Positions 8,036 to 15,676 of a DNA stretch of 20,000 bases are shown here, in pieces. Location of the stretch: the sequence record SRR2962707_2232; one strand, given 5' to 3'. The position numbers were made by a program, and so were the translations under genes. The notes under the pieces are model-generated. The model made no database searches, was not told the origin of the DNA, and was given only the letters and a program-made list of their open reading frames with translations. Each line of letters starts with the position of its first letter. Within the stretch, counting starts at the first letter, position 1.

Positions 8036-8554
8036 ATGCTGAATCGTTTTTGCGACAGAGTGAACGCGCTGGTTGAGGGTGCATCGTGGATTGCTTTCGC
8101 GCTTTTAATCGGGACAGTTGCCATGCAGATTCTAGCACGCAATTTGTTCAATGTTCCGATGATTTGGACGGGTGATGTGGCGTTGCTTCTTTTCACTTGG
8201 TTGATCTTCATTGGTGCGGCTTCAGGACTGCGCACAGGTGGGCATTACGTCGTCAATATTCTACCAACCCATCGCCCGCGTGTCGCTCTTTTCGTTGAAA
8301 TCTTATCCATTGTTGCTGGTATTGGCGTCGTATGGATGCTTGGCATTAATGGATTTGAGCTGGCACAGATGCGGGCCAGCGGTGAAATCCAATCTTTGGG
8401 TCTGTCGCGGTTTTGGATGTACTTAGCATTGCCTGTCTCGGGTTGGATTATGGCGCTATATCTCTTGGAGATGACCGTATCTTTGGTTCGAGATCCCTTT
8501 CAACATACGAACGATGCGCAAGCTGCCATCCAAGACCGAGGCAATGAAATATGA
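8036..8554 (+). CDS. dctQ: TRAP transporter small permease, system 2
   Basis: Start reassigned to ATG 8036 (GAAAGG RBS upstream; the ORF-track start at 7979 lies inside the hairpin). Motifs QILARN, WT.DVA...FTW.IFIGA and about 4 TMs. Confidence 0.9.
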   Translation: MLNRFCDRVNALVEGASWIAFALLIGTVAMQILARNLFNVPMIWTGDVALLLFTWLIFIGAASGLRTGGHYVVNILPTHRPRVALFVEILSIVAGIGVVWMLGINGFELAQMRASGEIQSLGLSRFWMYLALPVSGWIMALYLLEMTVSLVRDPFQHTNDAQAAIQDRGNEI

Positions 8555-9849
8555 ACCCGCTCGTCGTCCTTCTTCTCGTTTTCTTTGTGCTCATTGCGCT
8601 GCGGGTCAATATCGGATTTGCGCTCATTCTATCATCAGCAGCTGTGATGTTGCTGGAGGGGTTGCCGCTGATATCTGTAGTCAACCAAATGTATGCGGGT
8701 ATCGATAGCTTTACGCTTTTAGCTGTCCCATTCTTCATGTTGCTGGGACGCATCCTAAATGCAGGCTCAATCACCAACCGGCTCCTTGAAGTTGCGGACA
8801 CAACCGTTGGTCATGTGCGCGGCGGGCTTGGACATGTGAATGTTTTCGTTTCGATGATTTTTGCGTCACTCTCAGGCTCTGCTGCTGCTGATACCGCTTC
8901 TGTTGGCTCGATCCTCATTCCTGCAATGAAAAAAGCAGGCTATCCAGCGCCGTTTGCGGCTGCGCTGACAGCGGCCTCTTCAACACTGGGCGTTATCATT
9001 CCGCCTTCAATTATCCTCATCGTCTATGGCGCATTTGGTAATGTGTCCATTGGCGCGCTTTTCGTGGGCGGTATCGTTCCAGGTATTTTGATTGCGCTCT
9101 TCATGATGGCCTACACCTATGTGCTTGCGGTCTATTATGATTATCCGGCAAACCCGTTTCCGGGCGTTCGCGCCGCAGGCCGAGTGCTAAAGCGCGGTGC
9201 ATTGCCTCTTTTGATCCCTGTGATCGTGCTTGGCGGTATTGTCGGCGGTATATTTACGCCAACTGAAGGTGCGATTGCCGCGGTTCTTTGGGCACTGTTC
9301 CTGTCTTTGTTTGTCTACCGTGATATCAAAATGCGGCAGCTTCCTAAACTGTTGAAAGACGCGGTTGTCGATTTTGCAATCCCTATGTTTACGGTGGCAG
9401 GTGCTGGTATTTTCGGCTGGTTGATTGCCTATCTTGGTGCGTCTCAGATTGTCGTCGATTTTATCCTTGGCGTCACACAAACGCCGTTTCTCATTATGCT
9501 CATGTTGATAGGATTTCTGCTCCTTGTCGGCATGGTTTTAAATCCGATTTCCGCCACACTTATCTTTTTGCCAATCATTCAAGCGCTGGGAAATACTGCC
9601 GATATTAACCCGGTTCATATGGGTGTTTTGTCAACAATTGTTTTGTCGGTTGGCTTGGTTACGCCGCCTTATGGCATCTGTCTTCTGATTGCCTCGCAAA
9701 TTGCGGGTGCAAGCCTTGGCCGCTGCATGCTCGCTGTTGCACCGATCTGTCTTTTGACGGTTTTTGTCGCAATTCTTTCGCTTTGGTTCCCTGACATTGT
9801 GCTGGGTTTGCCAAAACTACTTGTTCCTGAATTTTTCTCTGGGAGTTAA
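8551..9849 (+). CDS. dctM: TRAP transporter large permease, system 2
   Basis: 432 aa. Motifs AVPFF, RGGLG, SGSAAAD, IIPPS, FTPTEGA, NPVHMG, TPPYG. ATGA overlap with dctQ. Confidence 0.95.
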   Translation: MNPLVVLLLVFFVLIALRVNIGFALILSSAAVMLLEGLPLISVVNQMYAGIDSFTLLAVPFFMLLGRILNAGSITNRLLEVADTTVGHVRGGLGHVNVFVSMIFASLSGSAAADTASVGSILIPAMKKAGYPAPFAAALTAASSTLGVIIPPSIILIVYGAFGNVSIGALFVGGIVPGILIALFMMAYTYVLAVYYDYPANPFPGVRAAGRVLKRGALPLLIPVIVLGGIVGGIFTPTEGAIAAVLWALFLSLFVYRDIKMRQLPKLLKDAVVDFAIPMFTVAGAGIFGWLIAYLGASQIVVDFILGVTQTPFLIMLMLIGFLLLVGMVLNPISATLIFLPIIQALGNTADINPVHMGVLSTIVLSVGLVTPPYGICLLIASQIAGASLGRCMLAVAPICLLTVFVAILSLWFPDIVLGLPKLLVPEFFSGS

Positions 9850-9853
9850 TTAC

Positions 9854-10789
9854 ATGTCTCATATTAAACCTAAGGGCTCATTTGTTGCTCTTGTCACACC
9901 AATGAACGCAGATGGCTCAATCGATTATGAGGGCTTTCGCACGCTGCTGAATTGGCATGCGGCCAATGGCACTGAAGCCGTTCTCATTATGGGTTCAACA
10001 GGCGAAGTCTCGATGCTTAGCGCTGAAGAGCGTAAGCAGATCATCACGCAGACTGCGAAAATGAAACCGGGCAATATGCTGATGTATTATGGCGTGACCG
10101 GTAACAATACCGAAACGACCATTGACTATGTGCGCTATGCAAAAGATGCGGGCGCTGATGGTGCTATCATGGCTGCGCCTGCCTATATCTGCGCAGACAA
10201 TGACGCGATTACAGACTACGCGATGGAAGTGCTCGATAGCTGTGATTTGGCGATGGGTTTTTATAATAACCCGCCACGCGTGAAGACGGACTTGCACTGG
10301 GACAATCTTCTCAAACTGGCCAAGCATGACAATATGGTTGTGCTTAAAGAAAGCACCACGCGCGTTGGCCAAGTTGCGCAGGTTTGTGCGGCAAAACCGG
10401 ATATGTCTATCATGTGCTGCTGCTCCCCTAATCTTGGGCTTGTTGTCCCAACGATGGCGCTTGGCGGACATGGCACGGCGAATATGACGGGCAACATTAT
10501 CCCTCAAGAAATGGCCGTTATTTCAAAACCATGGGAAACAGGTGAGGATGCTTTCGCGCACCGTGCCGCGTGGTTGGAGAATTTGCCGATGCTGCATTTT
10601 GCCTATGCCGCTGTTAATCCGGTTTCGATTAAGACATTGATGCGGGCCGTTGGACTGCCTGCTGGTCCGCTGCGCAAACCGCTGCAGCCTGCAAGCGCTG
10701 AAGTCATGAAAAAAGGTTTTGCGGCTTTTGATAAGCTAGGCCTTGCTGAAAAATACGGTCTTTCTGCACCGATGATGGCAGCAGAATAA
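9854..10789 (+). CDS. Dihydrodipicolinate synthase/N-acetylneuraminate lyase-family enzyme (probably a catabolic aldolase/deaminase, not housekeeping DapA)
   Basis: Start reassigned to ATG 9854 (GGGAG RBS). Motifs ALVTPM, GSTGE, YNNPPR and Schiff-base Lys in VLKES (K165). MCCCS replaces the usual SGDD. Confidence 0.88.
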   Translation: MSHIKPKGSFVALVTPMNADGSIDYEGFRTLLNWHAANGTEAVLIMGSTGEVSMLSAEERKQIITQTAKMKPGNMLMYYGVTGNNTETTIDYVRYAKDAGADGAIMAAPAYICADNDAITDYAMEVLDSCDLAMGFYNNPPRVKTDLHWDNLLKLAKHDNMVVLKESTTRVGQVAQVCAAKPDMSIMCCCSPNLGLVVPTMALGGHGTANMTGNIIPQEMAVISKPWETGEDAFAHRAAWLENLPMLHFAYAAVNPVSIKTLMRAVGLPAGPLRKPLQPASAEVMKKGFAAFDKLGLAEKYGLSAPMMAAE

Positions 10790-10792
10790 TTT

Positions 10793-13045
10793 ATGACCCA
10801 TAAGCCGCTCGATGATATTGAGGGCAATTCATTGCCCGTCAACCTTAGCCACTGGGGCGCATTTCGCGCCCGTGTTGAGGATGGGCGGCTTGTGGAAGCA
10901 ATCCCTATTGGCGGCGCTGATCCTGAAATGATTGGCGCTTGGCCGGAGCTTATTCATTCGCCCAGACGCATTGACCAACCCTATGTACGCCGTGGCTGGC
11001 TTGAAAATGGGCCAGCACTATCAGCCAGCCGTGGGCGTGATGAATTTGTCCCTGTTTCTTGGGATAAAGCGCTTGAGCTTGTCGCTAGTGAAATTGCGCG
11101 TATGCACGCCGAGCATGGCCCAACCTCTATTCTTGGCGGTTCCTATGGCTGGTCCAGTGCAGGACGCCTGCATCATGCACGCAGTCAAGTGCGCCGGTTT
11201 CTTGCTGCTGCGGGCGGCTTTACTGATCAAATTTCAAACTATTCTTGGGGAGCAGCGGCAGCAATTTTGCCTCACGTACTTGGGTCTACTGCGGCTGTTG
11301 CCTATGCTGCAACCAGTTGGACGAGTATCGCAGGGCACAGCGATACCGTTGTTGCTTTTGGTGGTCTCAACCCAAAAAATTGGCGTGTGACATCCGGCGG
11401 TGCCGTTGAGCATCCGATGCCAGATATGGTGGCCAAGGCAAAAAAACGCGGGTGTAAATTTGTTGTTTTGTCGCCTTTAGCTTCAGATGTTCCCGATGGG
11501 TTGGAAGCTGATCTTATTCAGCCACGACCAGGTTCTGACACGGCCATTATGCTCGCACTTGCTCACGAAGCACTCATTTCTGGACGCGCAGATCGTGCCT
11601 TTTTGGATAAATATACGGTCGGCGCTGACCGGTTGATCGCTTATCTTACAGGCGAGGCTGATGGCATACCAAAGACCCTTCAATGGGCCGCGCTGCAAGC
11701 TGATCTTAATGTTGCAGAATTAGAAAGACTTTGGACTAAAATCCGTGATGGGCGCGTGATGCTAACGGCATCATGGTCGTTGCAGCGGGCAGAAAATGGT
11801 GAGCATAGCTATTGGGCATTGATCGCACTTGCGGCAATGCTGGGTCAAATCGGCTTGCCCGGCGGCGGCTTCACATTCGGCTATGGCTCAATGGGGTCCG
11901 TAGGCGCGGATGCGCGGCGCGGCTATGTGCCGAACTTCCCATCACTTCGAAATGCAGGGACGGCGATCCCAGTGGCGGCTGTGGCCGATGCACTGCTATC
12001 GCCCGGTGAACCGCTTGCCTTTAACGGTAAGACAATGACCCTGCCTGATATTCGTATGATCTACTGGGCTGGCGGTAATCCGTTTCATCATGCGCAAGAC
12101 CTTGGTAAACTAGAAAAGGGTTGGGCCCGCGCTGAAACAGTTGTTGTTCATGAACCGTGGTGGACACCAACTGCTGAGCGTGCGGATATTGTATTGCCCG
12201 CCACGACCTCTGCCGAGCGCAATGATATTGGTGGCACGTCGCGTGACCCTTATGTTGTGTTCATGGAAAAGCTTGTTGAGCCGCAAGGGCAGGCCCGCAA
12301 TGACCGTGATATTTTCTCTGACTTGGCGAAGCGTCTTGGATGTCGCGAAGTCTTCGATGTCGGTCTTAGTGAAGAACAATGGTTACAGCAGTTGTGGGCC
12401 AGCACTGTTGAAAAGGGTCTGAGCGAGGGTATCTCGGTGCCAGACTTTAAGCAGTTTCGAGAGATGAAGCTCTGGCAGGTTCCCGCGCCTGAACGGCCCG
12501 AAGTGATGTTTGATACATTCCGTGCTGATCCGGAAAAGGCGCCGCTGCCGACGCCATCGGGCAAAGTAGAATTATTTTCTGAGGCGATTGCTGGATTTGG
12601 TTATGCCGACGAGTTGGGCCACCCGATGTTCCGTGCGCCTATTGAATGGTTGGGCAATGCCGAAGCAGGCGAATTCCATCTTGTGACGAACCAACCGGCT
12701 AAACAGCTGCATGGCCAGTTGTGGCAAACATCATCGGGCATGAGCGGTGCGCCCGCGCCGGTGCGTATCCATCCTGATGATGCGGCTGCATTTGGCATAG
12801 CCGACGGACAGATCGTGCGGGTTTATAATGAACGCGGTGCCTGCAAGGCGACGGCGCAAGTGGATTCCGGTGTGCGCCGCTCTGTGCTGGTGATGCCAAC
12901 AGGAGCTTGGTTTGAGCCTGAAAAGGACACTGGATTTGAACAAAACGGCAATCCCAATGTTCTGACGGCAGACCGCCGCAGCTCCCAGCTTGGTCAAGCC
13001 TGCGCTGCATTGTCTGCGCTCGTTCGGATAACGCCAAATCTTTAA
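10793..13045 (+). CDS. Cytoplasmic molybdopterin (bis-MGD) oxidoreductase, BisC/DMSO-TMAO reductase type
   Basis: 750 aa. Motifs SHWG, RI..PYVR.GWL, GSYGWSSAG, NYSWGAA (Ser ligand position), GQIGLPGGG, WAGGNPFHH, ADIVLPATT..ERND, LPTPSGKVEL and a C-terminal MGD-binding domain (IHP.DA…N.RG…NPNVLT). No Tat signal and no Fe-S Cys motif. Confidence 0.92.
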   Translation: MTHKPLDDIEGNSLPVNLSHWGAFRARVEDGRLVEAIPIGGADPEMIGAWPELIHSPRRIDQPYVRRGWLENGPALSASRGRDEFVPVSWDKALELVASEIARMHAEHGPTSILGGSYGWSSAGRLHHARSQVRRFLAAAGGFTDQISNYSWGAAAAILPHVLGSTAAVAYAATSWTSIAGHSDTVVAFGGLNPKNWRVTSGGAVEHPMPDMVAKAKKRGCKFVVLSPLASDVPDGLEADLIQPRPGSDTAIMLALAHEALISGRADRAFLDKYTVGADRLIAYLTGEADGIPKTLQWAALQADLNVAELERLWTKIRDGRVMLTASWSLQRAENGEHSYWALIALAAMLGQIGLPGGGFTFGYGSMGSVGADARRGYVPNFPSLRNAGTAIPVAAVADALLSPGEPLAFNGKTMTLPDIRMIYWAGGNPFHHAQDLGKLEKGWARAETVVVHEPWWTPTAERADIVLPATTSAERNDIGGTSRDPYVVFMEKLVEPQGQARNDRDIFSDLAKRLGCREVFDVGLSEEQWLQQLWASTVEKGLSEGISVPDFKQFREMKLWQVPAPERPEVMFDTFRADPEKAPLPTPSGKVELFSEAIAGFGYADELGHPMFRAPIEWLGNAEAGEFHLVTNQPAKQLHGQLWQTSSGMSGAPAPVRIHPDDAAAFGIADGQIVRVYNERGACKATAQVDSGVRRSVLVMPTGAWFEPEKDTGFEQNGNPNVLTADRRSSQLGQACAALSALVRITPNL

Positions 13046-13059
13046 ATAGGAGAGACCAG

Positions 13060-13839
13060 ATGGATCTGGGAATTCAGGGGCGTCATGCCTTGTTGACAGG
13101 AGCGAGCAAAGGCATGGGCCGCGCTTGCGCGATGGCTGTCGCTGCTGAAGGCGCGCAGGTTACCATTTGTGCGCGCGGCGAAGAACGCTTGATGCAAACG
13201 GCTGAAGAGATCCGCCGCGCAACGGATGCAACCGTTAACATCGTTGTTGCGGATGTAACGACAGATGCAGGCCGCGCCAAAATCCTAGATGCCTGCCCAA
13301 ACCCTGATATTTTGCTCAACAATGCAGGCGGTTCGTTGCCCGGTGATTTTCGCAATTGGGGCCGCGATGAATGGATCGCGGGTATAGACCTCATGATGTT
13401 GCCGCCGATCTTGATGATGCGCGATGTTGTCGACGGCATGATGGATCGCGGTTGGGGCCGGATTGTCAATATTGTCTCGCGCAGCGTGAAAATTCCGCAG
13501 CTTGAACTCGGTCTGTCGAATGGCGCACGCTCCGGCCTTGTTGGTTTTACCGCAGGGCTTGCGCGCCAGACCATTTCCAAGGGCGTGACGATCAATAATC
13601 TACTGCCCGGTATCACCGATAGCGATGGCCAGCGTGAACATATTGAAGGCATGTTGACGAAAGATGGGCCGAGTTACGATGAGGTTTTTGCTGCGCGGGC
13701 TGCAGCAAATCCTGCGGGGCGCTATGGACGTCCAGAAGAAATTGGTGCTTATTTCGCGTTTCTTTGTTCAAATCATGCGGGCTTTGTGACCGCGCAAAAC
13801 CTTTTGGTGGATGGCGGCAGCTATCCTGGAACTTATTGA
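13060..13839 (+). CDS. Short-chain dehydrogenase/reductase, atypical (BKR-like) subgroup
   Basis: AGGAG RBS. Motifs MDLGI.G..AL.TGASKGMG, NNAGG, GRIVNI, P.GRYG.PEE, VDGG. The active-site motif reads S-N-G-A-R instead of YxxxK. Confidence 0.92.
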   Translation: MDLGIQGRHALLTGASKGMGRACAMAVAAEGAQVTICARGEERLMQTAEEIRRATDATVNIVVADVTTDAGRAKILDACPNPDILLNNAGGSLPGDFRNWGRDEWIAGIDLMMLPPILMMRDVVDGMMDRGWGRIVNIVSRSVKIPQLELGLSNGARSGLVGFTAGLARQTISKGVTINNLLPGITDSDGQREHIEGMLTKDGPSYDEVFAARAAANPAGRYGRPEEIGAYFAFLCSNHAGFVTAQNLLVDGGSYPGTY

Positions 13840-13846
13840 GGACCAA

Positions 13847-15109
13847 ATGCATATTGTCGTCATAGGCGCAGGTGTTATCGGAATCACAACGGCATGGTAT
13901 TTGTCTCAAGATGGTCACGAGGTGACCGTGGTTGAGGCGCGTGAAGGCGTTGCGCTTGAGACATCTTTTGGCAATGCTGGCGGCGTCTGCCCGGGTTTTG
14001 CCGGTCCTTGGGCGGCACCTGGCATGCCGTTTAAAGCGTTCAAATGGATGTTTAGTCCTGCTGCACCGCTTAAAATACGACCACAGTTTTCGATGGCGCA
14101 ATGGACGTGGTTGATGCGGTTTGTTGGCAATTGCACACCGTCTCGCTATGCTGCTAACAAGACGCGTATGCAAAAAGTTGCGCATTATTCAAAGGCGCAA
14201 CTAAAAGCACTGCGTGCGCAAACCGGCATTGAATATGATCATGGCACGGGCGGCATTCTACAGATTTTTGAGACTGAGGATGAAGTTGAAGGCGGACGCA
14301 GAAATGCAGCGGTTTTGGCCTCGCTTGGTATCCCCCATCGGTTGTTATCTGGCTCTGAGGTCCGTGATGTTGAGGCAGGATTGGCGCGGTCCAATATTGC
14401 CCTGTCGGGCGCGCTGCAGCTGACGGATGATGAAACGGGTGATTGTCACCTTTTTTGCCAAGAGCTTGAGAAACTGTGCCGTGAAGCGGGCGTAACCTTT
14501 TGCTTTAATAACCGTGTCACCGGCCTTCAAACGAAAGGCAACCGCGTCACGCACCTGACGACGGCGCAAAGGCAAAGCAATGATCCATCAGGCGCAGTGA
14601 ACACCAGCCAAATTGAAGCCGATGCCATTGTCCTTGCGACCGGTCCACAAATGGATTTAATCCGCGCGCTTGGGCTAAAAGTGCCGGTCTACCCTGTTAA
14701 AGGCTATTCCTTCACCGCTGAGATCACCAATGATGCCGCTGCGCCGCGCTCTTCTGTGATGGATGAACATTCGAAAGTCATGATCACACGGCTTGGTAAT
14801 CGCATTCGCGCGGCCGGCGTTGCCGAGTTGGCAGGCTTTGATAATTCCATGCCAGAAGCTGTTCTAAGCTCTCTTCGTGCGCGGGTCCAAGCGCTGTTTC
14901 CAGGGGCTGCAGATTATGACAATGCTCAGTGGTGGCATGGATTTCGCCCCATGACGGCTGATGGCCCCAGCCAAGTAAAGCGCAGCCGCTATGACAATTT
15001 ATTTCTGAACATTGGCCATGGCTCCAGTGGTTGGACACAGGCATGCGGCACGGGCAAAATGACGGCCGATTTGATCGCAAATCGACCCTTTGATGCGGCT
15101 CTCTCGTGA
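13847..15109 (+). CDS. dadA: D-amino acid dehydrogenase-like FAD oxidoreductase (DadA paralog)
   Basis: Start reassigned to ATG 13847 (GAGG RBS). Motifs GAGVIG, ETSFGNAG, PWAAPG, DETGDC..F, YPVKGYS, ITRLG.RIR.AG.AE, G.RPMT.DGP, GHG..GWT.ACG. Confidence 0.88.
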   Translation: MHIVVIGAGVIGITTAWYLSQDGHEVTVVEAREGVALETSFGNAGGVCPGFAGPWAAPGMPFKAFKWMFSPAAPLKIRPQFSMAQWTWLMRFVGNCTPSRYAANKTRMQKVAHYSKAQLKALRAQTGIEYDHGTGGILQIFETEDEVEGGRRNAAVLASLGIPHRLLSGSEVRDVEAGLARSNIALSGALQLTDDETGDCHLFCQELEKLCREAGVTFCFNNRVTGLQTKGNRVTHLTTAQRQSNDPSGAVNTSQIEADAIVLATGPQMDLIRALGLKVPVYPVKGYSFTAEITNDAAAPRSSVMDEHSKVMITRLGNRIRAAGVAELAGFDNSMPEAVLSSLRARVQALFPGAADYDNAQWWHGFRPMTADGPSQVKRSRYDNLFLNIGHGSSGWTQACGTGKMTADLIANRPFDAALS

Positions 15110-15115
15110 AAGGCA

Positions 15116-15580
15116 TTAAATGGCTAGTGGGCGATTTTCGGCAATTGTCTCCATAGCGAAATAGGACGTGACCGCTTCCAGTTCGACCTTTTCGATCAGG
15201 CGTTGATAAACTGCGTCATAGCTTGCCATGTCTTTGGTTACGACCTTCAACATGTAGTCGTAGTCTCCGGCGATACGAAATACGTCTGAAACTTCCGGCG
15301 AGTTTAGCACGGCTTGGCGAAACTCTTTGAGCCACTCAGTCGAGTGTTTGCGTGTGCGCACCATTACGAAAACCACCAAGTCCAAGCCCAGTTTCTTGCG
15401 GTCAATTTTCGCAACGGAGCCGTTGACGACGCCTTGCTTGGTAAGGTTTTGCAACCGGCGCCAGCACGCGTTTTGGGACACGCCGACAAGTTCTGCCAAA
15501 TCTCTTTGCGAGATTGACGAATCGAGCTGTAGGGCACGAAGAATTTTTCGGTCTATTTGATCTAATTTTTGGCTATTCAT
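15116..15580 (-). CDS. Lrp/AsnC-family transcriptional regulator (DecR/YbaO-like)
   Basis: Likely start at 15580 (MNSQKLDQIDRKILRALQ). HTH LAELVG.S..ACWRR and RAM domain H...WL..F…FRIAGDYDYMLKVV..DM..YD.VY..LI. Confidence 0.92.
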   Translation of the reverse strand: MNSQKLDQIDRKILRALQLDSSISQRDLAELVGVSQNACWRRLQNLTKQGVVNGSVAKIDRKKLGLDLVVFVMVRTRKHSTEWLKEFRQAVLNSPEVSDVFRIAGDYDYMLKVVTKDMASYDAVYQRLIEKVELEAVTSYFAMETIAENRPLAI

Positions 15581-15676
15581 TCGATCATAATATGCAATTT
15601 TCATGTATTTGGCTACAAATTTGATAGAAATAATCGCATTTCATTATGTCATTCTATCGAAAATTGGAGAATGCAT

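Noticed and set aside
3772-9849. Recent duplication of the two TRAP systems
   Set aside because: Similarity is limited to family-wide motifs. No long nucleotide repeat is visible and the binding proteins are clearly divergent.
9854-10789. Calling this gene housekeeping dapA
   Set aside because: It lies inside a TRAP catabolic operon and lacks the SGDD motif, so the symbol is withheld.
10793-13045. Respiratory TMAO/DMSO reductase (torA/dorA)
   Set aside because: No Tat signal and no partner cytochrome or chaperone genes.
13083-13652. 189-aa antisense ORF opposite the SDR
   Set aside because: Fully nested antisense to a well-supported gene, with no recognisable motif. Long antisense frames are a common codon-bias shadow.
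13613-14185. 190-aa minus-strand ORF spanning SDR/dadA (and similar shadow ORFs at 3669-4178, 9995-10507, 10932-11390)
   Set aside because: They overlap confident genes, have atypical composition and show no family motifs.
15569-15676. ORF-track N-terminal extension of the PLP enzyme (similarly starts at 5025, 7979, 9764, 13811, 15604)
   Set aside because: The extensions overlap neighbouring genes or promoters. Downstream ATGs have better RBS or coupling and match family N-termini.
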